Positions 14,440 through 22,526 of a DNA stretch of 36,181 nucleotides are shown here, in pieces. Position 1 is the stretch's first letter; each line of letters starts with the position of its first letter. The stretch is from a virus. The notes beneath the pieces are model-generated. The model did not search any database and was not told where the DNA came from. It saw nothing but the letters and a program-made list of their open reading frames with translations. Both the position numbers and the translations under genes were made by a program. The stretch spans positions 1 through 36,181 of IMG/VR virus record IMGVR_UViG_3300018080_000078; one strand, 5' to 3'.

Positions 14440-14475
14440 AAAGGAGAAATGTGAACTCTGAACGCAGGCTTTATG
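14440..14475 (+). repeat. Left copy of a 36-bp direct repeat flanking the 14489..15085 gene
   Basis: AAAGGAGAAATGTGAACTCTGAACGCAGGCTTTATG compared with the copy at 15091..15126 gives 30/36 identical by hand alignment. It carries an RBS, a GTG and 8 codons (VNSERRLY), then runs into a stop that overlaps ATG 14489. Confidence 0.8.
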
Positions 14476-14488
14476 TAGGGGGCTGCAA

Positions 14489-15085
14489 ATGAAAGGTCCA
14501 GAAAGAAGTGTAATAGTAAGTACGGGCGACAAGTTTGGGCAGTGGACTGTTATTGGAGAAGTTGCGCCTATAATTTATTACAGAAAAGGAGGGAAGAAAA
14601 AAGGTAAAAGGGATGTTAGGCGTCGAGTTAAATGTAGATGTGTTTGCGGGGCAGTAAAAGAATTAGACGTGCTTTACTTGAACTGTAAAAGAACAAGAGA
14701 GGGTGGATGTAATATAAGGTGTAGAAGGTGTGCGTCTAAAATAATTGGCAACAAGTGTAGAAGATACAATCTTAAACCGCAGTATAAAGGATGGAGGGTT
14801 TTATATAGGTACAAGATGAAAGGCAAGGGGCTGATGGTTGAATGTGAATGCAAGTGTGGTTTTAGGAAGTGGATTCAACCAGGAGTGTTAAGGCTTGGGC
14901 GAGCATCTGTGTGTCACAAGTGTTGGATTAAAGATAACCTAACTAAAACCACTGTAGAAACTGTTCGCAAAGTAAAAGGGTTGCTTGCGTCTGGCATGAG
15001 GCAGTGCGATATTTCTAGAATGTTAGGCATTAAAAATTATATTGTTGGGTCGATTAAGCGAGGGAACTCGTGGAAACATATATAA
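14489..15085 (+). CDS. Cys-rich double zinc-ribbon-like protein with a C-terminal HTH (198 aa); possible free-standing selfish gene
   Basis: Two repeats of the G.W.V(I/L)...(C.C.CG)...L..G....C..C pattern (FGQWTVIGE..VKCRCVCGAVKEL...CRRC and YKGWRVLYR..VECECKCGFRKWI...VCHKC). The C-terminus GMRQCDISRMLGIKNYIVGSIKRGNSWKHI is HTH-like. The gene is flanked by a 36-bp imperfect direct repeat. Confidence 0.6.
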   Translation: MKGPERSVIVSTGDKFGQWTVIGEVAPIIYYRKGGKKKGKRDVRRRVKCRCVCGAVKELDVLYLNCKRTREGGCNIRCRRCASKIIGNKCRRYNLKPQYKGWRVLYRYKMKGKGLMVECECKCGFRKWIQPGVLRLGRASVCHKCWIKDNLTKTTVETVRKVKGLLASGMRQCDISRMLGIKNYIVGSIKRGNSWKHI

Positions 15086-15090
15086 AGGAG

Positions 15091-15126
15091 AAAGGAGAAA
15101 AGTGAGTTCTGATAGCAGGTTTTATG
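15091..15126 (+). repeat. Right copy of the 36-bp direct repeat (the functional RBS and 5' end of the 15102..15290 gene)
   Basis: AAAGGAGAAAAGTGAGTTCTGATAGCAGGTTTTATG encodes VSSDSRFY, the start of the membrane protein. Confidence 0.8.
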
Positions 15127-15290
15127 CTCTTTCTGTAATATTCACCGTATTGCTAGCCCTTGTTTTTATCGGAATTGAGTTTTTTAGTTTGAGTATGTTT
15201 GTTGTTAGTTTTATTGTCTTTGGTGTGCCAGTTATAGTAACATCTGCTGTATTTTGGTATGACTTGTTGGACAGTTTGTTGTCGCCTTGA
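15102..15290 (+). CDS. Small two-TM membrane protein (62 aa)
   Basis: GTG at 15102 follows AAAGGAGAAA. Hydrophobic segments are FYALSVIFTVLLALVFIGIEFF and MFVVSFIVFGVPVIVTSAVFWY. The track's upstream extension (15042) overlaps the previous gene. Confidence 0.55.
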   Translation: MSSDSRFYALSVIFTVLLALVFIGIEFFSLSMFVVSFIVFGVPVIVTSAVFWYDLLDSLLSP

Positions 15291-15305
15291 AGGAAAGGGG
15301 TTTTT

Positions 15306-15554
15306 ATGGCAATTGCATTGTTGTTTTCACTTGGAGTGTTTCTTGTTTTCATGGACTTGCTTATAACATATAAGCTTTATAAGTCAGTTGAGAGTGAGTA
15401 TTATGAGAAATATAAGTTGCTATATGAAAAAACAATGTCACTTAGGGGCAGGCTTTTTGAGTTAGAAGATTCTGTTGACAGAAAAATAGGGGCAGCTTTG
15501 GCAAAGGTAAGAAGAAAAAGGAAGAGCCAAGAGAAGTGTCAAGAGAAGAAGTAA
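15306..15554 (+). CDS. Small membrane-anchored coiled-coil protein (82 aa)
   Basis: N-terminal TM AIALLFSLGVFLVFMDLLI, then a helical charged region with a basic end. Confidence 0.55.
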   Translation: MAIALLFSLGVFLVFMDLLITYKLYKSVESEYYEKYKLLYEKTMSLRGRLFELEDSVDRKIGAALAKVRRKRKSQEKCQEKK

Positions 15555-16903
15555 AAGTAGCTGGATTTACTCCGCGCTGGTATCAGCGCGAGCTTATTAA
15601 TGCTCTAGAACACGATGGAAAACGAAACCTTGTTGTTGTTTGGCCTAGAAGGGCAGGCAAGGATGTTGCTGCGCTCAATATAATGCTGCGACAAGCTTTT
15701 CGTCGTGTCGGCGTTTACTATTACCTGTTCCCTAAACAAAGACAGTGTCGGGAAAATATCTGGGACTCAATTCTTATAACCGGTGAAAAGTTCTTAGACT
15801 TTATACCCAAAAAACTTATAGCTAAGAAAAACAATGTCGAAATGAAAATTGTGCTGGTCAATGGCAGTATTATTAAGTTTTCTGGTGCTGATAATGCCGA
15901 TACGTTGCGTGGTGGCAACCCTGTTGGTGTTGTGTTTTCAGAGTATTCTAGAGTTAATCATCCAGAGGCCTACAGCGCCGTTATTTCTCCTATTCTTGCT
16001 GGTAATGGTGGATGGGTTATTTTTATTTCTACGCCAAATGGACACAACAACTTCTATGACTTATATAAGTTTGCTGAAGAAGATGAAACTGGCCGATGGT
16101 ATCACACTCTTTTGACCGTTGACGATACAAGGCATATGACGGAGCAGGCGCTTGCAGATGAAAAAAAGAAAAAGGCTGACGAGACATTTTTGCAAGAGTA
16201 CTATTGTAGTTTCGAAATTGCGAATACTGGAACGTATTATGCTAAGTATGTGCAGCAAGCTTATGCTGATGGACGTGTTGGGTACGTGCCGCACGATTCG
16301 GCTTATAGCGTCCACACGGCTTGGGATCTTGGTTGGCGATGTCCTAGTGTGATTATATTTTTCCAGGTTATTGGCAGAAAGGTTTGTATTATAGATCACT
16401 ACCACAAAACCAACGAAGATCTGGCACATTATGTGAGCATGTTGCGCTCATATTCTCAGACAAAGAGTTATATATTTGGCAAGCATTTTGTTCCACATGA
16501 CGCAAAGAAGCATGAGCTTGGCAGTGGTCTTACAAGGTTGCAAATCCTAGAGCAGCTTGGGCTCAAGATGGATGTTCTTGAGCGTTCATATTTAAATGAT
16601 GGCATAGAGGTTGTTAGGCACACGTTTAAGCGTCTATTCTTTAATGAGAAGCAGTGTGGTCTTTTGCTTGATGCGTTAGAGCATTATTCGAAAGACTGGG
16701 ATCCTGTTTACAAGAGGTTTATAGATAAAGACAAAACAGATTGGTCAACGGATCATTGTGATGCTATGCGTTACCTTTGCCAGGCGCTTCCGTATATAGA
16801 AACTAACGAACGCCCGAGCGAAGAGTTTGACAAGCAATATGATAAAATAGTATATGGTGGAAATGCTAACTTACCGCCTGTATTTAGAGATGACGGGTAC
16901 TGA
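15536..16903 (+). CDS. terL: Terminase large subunit
   Basis: Walker A-like VVVWPRRAGKDV, Walker B-like GVVFSEY, and C-terminal RNase H-like nuclease motifs HTAWDLG and STDHCDAMRY. The size is typical (455 aa). Confidence 0.9.
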   Translation: MSREEVKVAGFTPRWYQRELINALEHDGKRNLVVVWPRRAGKDVAALNIMLRQAFRRVGVYYYLFPKQRQCRENIWDSILITGEKFLDFIPKKLIAKKNNVEMKIVLVNGSIIKFSGADNADTLRGGNPVGVVFSEYSRVNHPEAYSAVISPILAGNGGWVIFISTPNGHNNFYDLYKFAEEDETGRWYHTLLTVDDTRHMTEQALADEKKKKADETFLQEYYCSFEIANTGTYYAKYVQQAYADGRVGYVPHDSAYSVHTAWDLGWRCPSVIIFFQVIGRKVCIIDHYHKTNEDLAHYVSMLRSYSQTKSYIFGKHFVPHDAKKHELGSGLTRLQILEQLGLKMDVLERSYLNDGIEVVRHTFKRLFFNEKQCGLLLDALEHYSKDWDPVYKRFIDKDKTDWSTDHCDAMRYLCQALPYIETNERPSEEFDKQYDKIVYGGNANLPPVFRDDGY

Positions 16904-16951
16904 GTTTTTGCTCTCCTTTTACGAGGTACCCGTCATTTTAAAGGATGAAGT

Positions 16952-17992
16952 ATGATTATACGTGAAGATTTTAAAAACTTAATTCCGAAACTGTCAGATG
17001 AAGAATATAGTCTGCTTGAGCAGTCTGTGTTGGATGAGGGGTGCCGGAATCCGCTGGTTATGTGGGGCGATATTCTTGTTGATGGTCATAATAGGCATGA
17101 AATCTGTGAGCGCCATGGTATTCAATACGGCAAGAAGCATTTGTATTTTGATGATGAAGACGAGGTCAAACTTTGGATAATTAAGAACCAATTGGGTCGT
17201 CGAAATATTTCCTCTTTTGTCCGGGCTGAGTTGGCCATACAAATGAAGCCTCTTCTTGCTGAAAAAGCAAAAGAGAATATGGTGGGGGGTTGTCAGATAT
17301 CTGACAAGGGTCATATTGATACAAAGAAAGAAATAGCTAAGTCTGCCAATGTATCTCATGATACAATCCATAAAGTAGAAAAGATACTTAAAGAGGCAAC
17401 CCCAGAACAAATACAACAGGTTAGATGTGGCGAAGAGAGCATCAACAAGGTTTATAATGAAATTGCAAGGCCACATCGTCTACAGGCTTCCTCAGAAAAT
17501 GAGTGGTATACGCCGGAGAAATATATACAGGCTGTACGGGATTTGTTTGGACAAATAGACTTGGATCCAGCTTCTTGTGCAAAGGCTAACGAAACGATTA
17601 AGGCTCGCAAGTATTATTCCAAAGATGACGACGGTTTAACACGGGCGTGGTCTGGTAAGGTGTTTATGAACCCGCCATATTCGTCCGATCTTATAGGAAA
17701 ATTTAGAGACAAGCTTATAAAGCACGTTAAAAATGGCGACATAGAAGAAGCAATAGTTCTTATAAATAACAACACTGAAACAAAATGGTTCTGTGACTTT
17801 GCGCAGGAGGCTTCTGGTATTGTATTTCCTACGGGACGTATAAATTTTGTTCGTGGCGACGGGAAGACTGGGCCGCCACTTCAAGGACAAGCGTTCATTT
17901 ATTTTGGAAGTCGTGTTGAGTCTTTCTTTAGGTGTTTCAAAGAGTTTGGCTGGATGGCAAGAATATATAAGGGGTTCAGTGTTGAGCAATAA
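16952..17992 (+). CDS. ParB-like N-terminal domain fused to a phage Dam-type N6-adenine DNA methyltransferase
   Basis: The N-terminus has PLVMWGDILVDGHNRHEIC (ParB/Srx-like DGxxR). The C-terminus has ENEWYTP...DLDPAS...VFMNPPYS...GRINF, typical of the phage Dam family (PF05869 type). Confidence 0.85.
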   Translation: MIIREDFKNLIPKLSDEEYSLLEQSVLDEGCRNPLVMWGDILVDGHNRHEICERHGIQYGKKHLYFDDEDEVKLWIIKNQLGRRNISSFVRAELAIQMKPLLAEKAKENMVGGCQISDKGHIDTKKEIAKSANVSHDTIHKVEKILKEATPEQIQQVRCGEESINKVYNEIARPHRLQASSENEWYTPEKYIQAVRDLFGQIDLDPASCAKANETIKARKYYSKDDDGLTRAWSGKVFMNPPYSSDLIGKFRDKLIKHVKNGDIEEAIVLINNNTETKWFCDFAQEASGIVFPTGRINFVRGDGKTGPPLQGQAFIYFGSRVESFFRCFKEFGWMARIYKGFSVEQ

Positions 17993-17993
17993 T

Positions 17994-18527
17994 ATGGAAG
18001 GCTTTAAGGCTAAGCTGCAATTTGGTCAAGAGGCAGAGGCTAGGGTTGGGCGGTGGCTTAATAAAAAGGGATGTTCTGTTTTTCATCTGGAGAAAGATAT
18101 TAACAATAAAGAAAATAAAGAGTTTGAGGGGCCAAGGCTGAAGACGCCCTTTGGAGACTTTATATCTCCGGACCTATTGGCTTACGCTGGCAATCACGCG
18201 TTTCTTGCAGAAGTAAAGCATATGAGCGCGTTTGCTTGGAGCAGGAAAAAACAAAAATGGGTTACTGGAATGAAATATGATCTTTTTTCTCAATATTACA
18301 TAGTAGACAAGATTTCCCCTTTTAAGGTTTATTTGTTTTTTCTACAAGAAAAAGGGCAGGCAAAAGATAGCATGCCGTCGCCAAACTCTGGTTTGTTCGT
18401 TGGTGGTGTTGATTGTTTGGCTAGATGTGTTGCAGACCGGTGGCCAGATGAGCCGAGCAAAAAGCCGCATATGATTTATTGGGACGTGTGTAGTCTAGAA
18501 AAAAAGGCTACGTTAGAAGATCTATAA
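17994..18527 (+). CDS. PD-(D/E)xK-fold nuclease-like protein (177 aa)
   Basis: GQEAEARVGRWLNKKGCSVF...ISPDLLAYAGNHAFLAEVKH gives an E...PD-x12-EVK arrangement. Start taken at ATG 17994, 2 nt after the methyltransferase stop, not at the overlapping 17847. Confidence 0.6.
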   Translation: MEGFKAKLQFGQEAEARVGRWLNKKGCSVFHLEKDINNKENKEFEGPRLKTPFGDFISPDLLAYAGNHAFLAEVKHMSAFAWSRKKQKWVTGMKYDLFSQYYIVDKISPFKVYLFFLQEKGQAKDSMPSPNSGLFVGGVDCLARCVADRWPDEPSKKPHMIYWDVCSLEKKATLEDL

Positions 18528-18651
18528 GATTATTGGTAAGGCATATGTTTAAATCGTTTTTGAGTTAATATTTTGTAGTTATTGTTTTGAGAATGTTTGA
18601 ATTGTTGTATATGCCTTACCTGTAAAAATTCACGCTTCACTACTTTCTTTT

Positions 18652-18682
18652 GGGCCCTTACCATAGTGAGGGCCTTTCTGTT
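18652..18682 (+). terminator. Rho-independent terminator before the portal gene
   Basis: GGGCCCT (18652-18658) pairs with AGGGCCT (18669-18675) across a 10-nt loop, followed by TTTCTGTT. Confidence 0.55.
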
Positions 18683-18705
18683 ACAAGTTTTAATAACTTA
18701 AATTT

Positions 18706-18735
18706 TTTCTTGGGTTAGCTTTATACTGTGATAAT
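18706..18735 (+). promoter_or_regulatory. Candidate extended -10 promoter for the portal/late operon
   Basis: TGtGATAAT at 18727-18735. The -35 is weak (TTCTTG region). Confidence 0.3.
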
Positions 18736-18762
18736 AGAATTTTGTATGATAGGAGTAGTTTA

Positions 18763-20892
18763 ATGGCTTTATTTCCTATTGGTGAAAACTTGTCCTATTC
18801 CACAGAGGATGCTGAAGTTCGTACCATGATAGAGGAGTTCTATAACGACGCTATGATGGTGAACCAGTCATATTGGCATGAGGCTAATATAGATTTGCGC
18901 TTTAATGTTGGCGACCAGACTCTTTGGAGTGAGATATACAGCGTTCCCATAAGAACAAGAAAAAACTTTAATTTCAATAGAATTAGAAGGATAACAAATC
19001 TTATTTCTGGATATCAACGTAGGAACAGAAAGTCGTTGGTTGTAACACCTGATGAGCTTGCAGATCAGCAAACAGCAGATCAGTTCACGAAGTTGCTCTA
19101 TTCTATTTCTAGAAACGCTGGAATTTTGGATACAATTTCTGATGCGTATAATGGTGCAATTGTTACTGGAATGAACCTATTGCAGGTGTGGGTTGATTAT
19201 AGAAACGATCCTGTTTCGGGCGACATTAAGGTTGACAATTGTAGCTATAATAGTTTTATTATTGATCCGTATTTTAGAAAAAAGGATATGTCTGATGCAC
19301 GCGCAATGTGGAAGCGAAGTTTCCTGTCAAAAGAAGCGTGCATGTCGCTTTTGCCAGACAAGAAAGATCAAATAAGTGAGATGACATCTTATTACAACGA
19401 TGGAAAATTTAATTATTTGCCAGAAAATGCATTTCTTAACAAGAACCTGCTTGCTTATGATGAATATTACTATAGAGATTATAGGAAGCAGAAGCTGCTT
19501 GTTGATCCCAACACAGATGAAAAGGTTGAGTGGACTGGGAGCGATGCAAATCTAAAGGAGTTTCTTTCTAGCTATCCACAGATAGAAGTTCTCGAGGTAA
19601 CAGTCCCTACTGTTAATCTAGCATTGTTAGTAAATGGTACGGTTATGTACCACGATAGAAACCCGCTAAATATAGACTCTTACCCATTTGTCCCTGTTTT
19701 AGGGTACTTTGATCCAGACGTCTATAATTTTCCGCTTAGGATACAGGGCATAGTACGTGGACTCCGTGATGCACAGTATCTCTATAATAGAAGAAAGATT
19801 ATAGAATATGACATGATGGAGTCTCGAGCTACAACTGGCTATATTTACAAAGAAGATTCGCTTGTTGATCCTGATGCTCCTATGAAGACAGGCCAGGGTA
19901 GGGGGATCAGATTGAAGAAATCTGATCAGCCAATATCGCATAGTATCATTCCCATACTGCCAGTTGAGGTGCCTAGCTCATTCATGCAATTATCAGAGTC
20001 TCTTGGCAATGAAATTTTAGAGATATCTGGTGTGAACGAGGAGCTTCTTGGGATCGCAACTGATGATAAGGCAGGTATACTAGCACGTCTAAGGCAAGGG
20101 CAGGGGCTAACAACGCTGCAACGTTTATTTGATCAGCTAGATAACTCACAAATATTGCTTGGGCAACTTATGGTAAAAATTATTCAAAATAATTATACGC
20201 CCGGCAAGGTTAATAGAATTATAGGCCAAGAGCCTGGAGAACAGTTTTATAACAAGTTGTTCTCAAAATATAATGTTGCTGTTGAAGAAGGCTTCGATAC
20301 TGCTACGCAGAAGCAGATGGAGTTTATTCAATTGTTGCACTTGAAAGAGGTTGGTGTAGAAATTCCGGATTCTGTATTAGTAAACGCAGCTACTGTACAA
20401 AACAAACAAGAGCTTATGCAGGCAATAGAACAACAAAAACAGCAGGCGCAGCAAATTGAAGAACAACAAATGCAGGCAAATATGGCTGAACAACAAGCTA
20501 CCATGAATATGGTTAATGCTCGCGCGGAATATGATAGAGCTGGTGCAAAAAGACGAGAAAGCGAAATAGACAAAGATAAGTTTGATATGATTGACAAGAC
20601 AATGGAGACAGCTCGAGCCGAGCAGGAAACTAACTTGGATGCTGTGAAGGTTCTCAAGGATTTAGAGCAATCTGATCCAAACAAAATAGATGAACTTGTA
20701 GATTTAATGAGAATTATACAGCAAGAGCGTAATGAAATGTCTGCCGAAATACCTTCAGAGTATACATCACCTCTTGAAGATCAGCTTCAACAGGCCGCGT
20801 TTGAGCAGCAGCCAATTGCTCAAGAAGAAGGTCCAGAAGCTCAAGCACTTCAAGAAAGAATGATGCAACCTGAAGAGCAAGGTTTGATATAG
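18763..20892 (+). CDS. Portal protein
   Basis: About 709 aa, placed between the terminase and scaffold/capsid genes. The N-terminal WHEANIDLRFNVGDQTLW resembles the portal f..GdQW motif. The C-terminus is a Q/E-rich coiled coil. Start at ATG 18763 after TAGGAG (the track's TTG 18742 is not preferred). Confidence 0.8.
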   Translation: MALFPIGENLSYSTEDAEVRTMIEEFYNDAMMVNQSYWHEANIDLRFNVGDQTLWSEIYSVPIRTRKNFNFNRIRRITNLISGYQRRNRKSLVVTPDELADQQTADQFTKLLYSISRNAGILDTISDAYNGAIVTGMNLLQVWVDYRNDPVSGDIKVDNCSYNSFIIDPYFRKKDMSDARAMWKRSFLSKEACMSLLPDKKDQISEMTSYYNDGKFNYLPENAFLNKNLLAYDEYYYRDYRKQKLLVDPNTDEKVEWTGSDANLKEFLSSYPQIEVLEVTVPTVNLALLVNGTVMYHDRNPLNIDSYPFVPVLGYFDPDVYNFPLRIQGIVRGLRDAQYLYNRRKIIEYDMMESRATTGYIYKEDSLVDPDAPMKTGQGRGIRLKKSDQPISHSIIPILPVEVPSSFMQLSESLGNEILEISGVNEELLGIATDDKAGILARLRQGQGLTTLQRLFDQLDNSQILLGQLMVKIIQNNYTPGKVNRIIGQEPGEQFYNKLFSKYNVAVEEGFDTATQKQMEFIQLLHLKEVGVEIPDSVLVNAATVQNKQELMQAIEQQKQQAQQIEEQQMQANMAEQQATMNMVNARAEYDRAGAKRRESEIDKDKFDMIDKTMETARAEQETNLDAVKVLKDLEQSDPNKIDELVDLMRIIQQERNEMSAEIPSEYTSPLEDQLQQAAFEQQPIAQEEGPEAQALQERMMQPEEQGLI

Positions 20893-20918
20893 CGTGAAAT
20901 GCTTCTCCTTTTAAACGT

Positions 20919-20946
20919 GTAGGGTGGCTTGCACGGGCTGCCCTAC
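20919..20946 (+). other. Stem-loop after the portal gene (no U-tract)
   Basis: GTAGGGTGGC pairs with GCTGCCCTAC: a 10-bp stem with 2 G-U pairs and an 8-nt loop. Confidence 0.35.
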
Positions 20947-20994
20947 GCAAGGAAGAGTGGATATTAATATTAATAACTATATAGGAGTAATATT

Positions 20995-21228
20995 ATGGCA
21001 AAAAAATACGGCTCACACAGAAAGATGAGTCCAAAAGCAAGTAAAGCTGGCTATGGTGATTATGGCTATGGTGGAAGCTATTATGAGCCTTTTGCAGGCT
21101 ATGAAAACTCTACCAAGGACCAAGCAACTTATTGGAACATGGTTAAAACGCAAAAAGGTGTTATTCCAACACAGTTCATGGAAATGCCTTTACCTATGGC
21201 TAATGATATTGGCAAAAAAGGTAAGTAA
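20995..21228 (+). CDS. Hypothetical small protein (77 aa), Gly/Tyr-rich N-terminal half
   Basis: ATG after TAGGAG. GYGDYGYGGSYYEPFAGY. Confidence 0.55.
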   Translation: MAKKYGSHRKMSPKASKAGYGDYGYGGSYYEPFAGYENSTKDQATYWNMVKTQKGVIPTQFMEMPLPMANDIGKKGK

Positions 21229-21347
21229 TGCCTGTTTGCATGAGGCCAAAAGGTAAAGCTCAGAAGATATTTGATACTGTGTTTGGAATATTAAACCCGA
21301 AAAAGCAATCCGTGACAAAACGTCACGGACTGAAAACAAAGAAGTAA
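21228..21347 (+). CDS. Possible small basic ORF (39 aa), below the ORF-track threshold
   Basis: Hand translation gives MPVCMRPKGKAQKIFDTVFGILNPKKQSVTKRHGLKTKK. The ATG shares one base with the upstream TAA (TAATG), the same coupling seen at 2258-2262 and on the minus strand at 9572-9576. A terminator follows. Confidence 0.3.
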   Translation: MPVCMRPKGKAQKIFDTVFGILNPKKQSVTKRHGLKTKK

Positions 21348-21364
21348 ACTCCTTCTTTCCTTGA

Positions 21365-21391
21365 GGAGGGACATATGCCCCTCCTTTTTTT
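21365..21391. terminator. Rho-independent terminator at a convergent junction
   Basis: GGAGGG (21365-21370) pairs with CCCTCC (21379-21384), followed by T7. It lies between rightward 20995..21347 and leftward 21432..21746. Confidence 0.7.
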
Positions 21392-21431
21392 ATGCAGTTA
21401 TAACACAAAAAACCAATTTAAAAGGGATAGT

Positions 21432-21746
21432 TTAATCTGCATAAATTTCTTTTATTACTAGATTTGCTAGTTCTTTTGATTTGTATCTATATCTAATCAT
21501 AAGTTCGTTAAATTTTGCGTTCACAGATTTACTTAAGTATACTGTTTGTCTTTTTGCAACTGGGCTGTCATGGGGCTCTAGGCGTATATGTGCTACTTCA
21601 TAAAATGTAAGTATTGCCTTTTCTATTAGTTTAGAAAGAAGCTTGTCTGTGTGGCTTTCTCTTTCTTCTCTAATTTCACGTTGTTTTTTCATGAGTATTT
21701 CAAGGCTTTTTTTATCCAGTCCTAGTGTTCTTTTAGCTTTTTCCAC
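21432..21746 (-). CDS. Hypothetical protein with an RHH-like C-terminal segment (104 aa)
   Basis: GTG start. The C-terminus KRQTVYLSKSVNAKFNELMIRYRYKSKELANLVIKEIY aligns in pattern with the RHH protein at 12491..12649. Confidence 0.5.
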   Translation of the reverse strand: MEKAKRTLGLDKKSLEILMKKQREIREERESHTDKLLSKLIEKAILTFYEVAHIRLEPHDSPVAKRQTVYLSKSVNAKFNELMIRYRYKSKELANLVIKEIYAD

Positions 21747-21894
21747 TTGATGCCTCTTTTTCGTATAGAAGTTTGATTGCTGTATTTATAATTTCTTTGC
21801 TTGTGGGTATTTTTTGCCACTTATACCTCTCTGCAGCTGCTCGTTGTATAAATAAGAACTGTTCTTCCGCCTCATTCTCCAGGATTATCAGCAT
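21733..21894 (-). CDS. Possible small ORF (53 aa), below the ORF-track threshold
   Basis: Hand translation gives MLIILENEAEEQFLFIQRAAAERYKWQKIPTSKEIINTAIKLLYEKEASSGKS. It fills the gap between two minus-strand genes and overlaps both ends. Confidence 0.3.
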   Translation of the reverse strand: MLIILENEAEEQFLFIQRAAAERYKWQKIPTSKEIINTAIKLLYEKEASSGKS

Positions 21895-22198
21895 TCTTTT
21901 CATCCGCTTCATTTTCTTTTAAGTATTGTTTTACGTCTTTAATAACCGTTAGGATACCGCGCTCTTTAAGCATTTTTAGCGCTTCTCTATAATTTTTAAC
22001 TGTTTCTTTTAGATCTTTGTTGTCGCTTTCATCCAAGTAGTCGAACATTGGTTCGATAATTGCGAGAGATGTTGCCATTTGGATTGTTTTTATTTGATCC
22101 TCTACGCCTTTTGCGTGAGCGGTTAGTATGTTCATTTGTATTGCCACTGATGCAACCTTATCTAATATTTCTTTATATTTATTTTCTAATTCGCTCAT
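21872..22198 (-). CDS. Hypothetical all-helical acidic protein (108 aa)
   Basis: Compact minus-strand operon member. No motif recognised. Confidence 0.55.
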   Translation of the reverse strand: MSELENKYKEILDKVASVAIQMNILTAHAKGVEDQIKTIQMATSLAIIEPMFDYLDESDNKDLKETVKNYREALKMLKERGILTVIKDVKQYLKENEADEKNADNPGE

Positions 22199-22210
22199 AT
22201 ATTTTCCTCT

Positions 22211-22516
22211 TTATTTTAGGTATCCGCCTATTCTTCCGCCGTAGAATTTAACTGTAAATATAGATTGCTGTATTTGAGAGATAAGTGCTTGAATTCTTCT
22301 GTCTACAAGCTTCTCTGACTCTGCCTCGTTAAGTTCTTTTTTTTCGTTGAGGCCGTCTTCTTTTACGTATTGTCCAGGCACTTTTTCTAATACGATTTCT
22401 TTTTTGTGATCAAACACAAGTGTTACTTTATATGTTTCATCTTCGTTTTTTTCTATGTTCCATATAATGCCTTTATCTTTGCTGGATAGGTCTCTAAACG
22501 TTATTTTATCGCCCAT
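22211..22516 (-). CDS. Hypothetical protein (101 aa)
   Basis: Compact minus-strand operon member. No motif recognised. Confidence 0.55.
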   Translation of the reverse strand: MGDKITFRDLSSKDKGIIWNIEKNEDETYKVTLVFDHKKEIVLEKVPGQYVKEDGLNEKKELNEAESEKLVDRRIQALISQIQQSIFTVKFYGGRIGGYLK

Positions 22517-22526
22517 TATTATTCCT

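Noticed and set aside
17847-17993. The track's longer upstream start codons (17847, 10234, 18742, 30477, 23162, 12443, 15042, 13228)
   Set aside because: These extensions overlap the preceding gene or begin at weak non-ATG codons without an RBS. Internal ATG/GTG codons preceded by (T)AGGAG-type sites give N-termini that match family expectations, for example RuvC starting just before IDPG.
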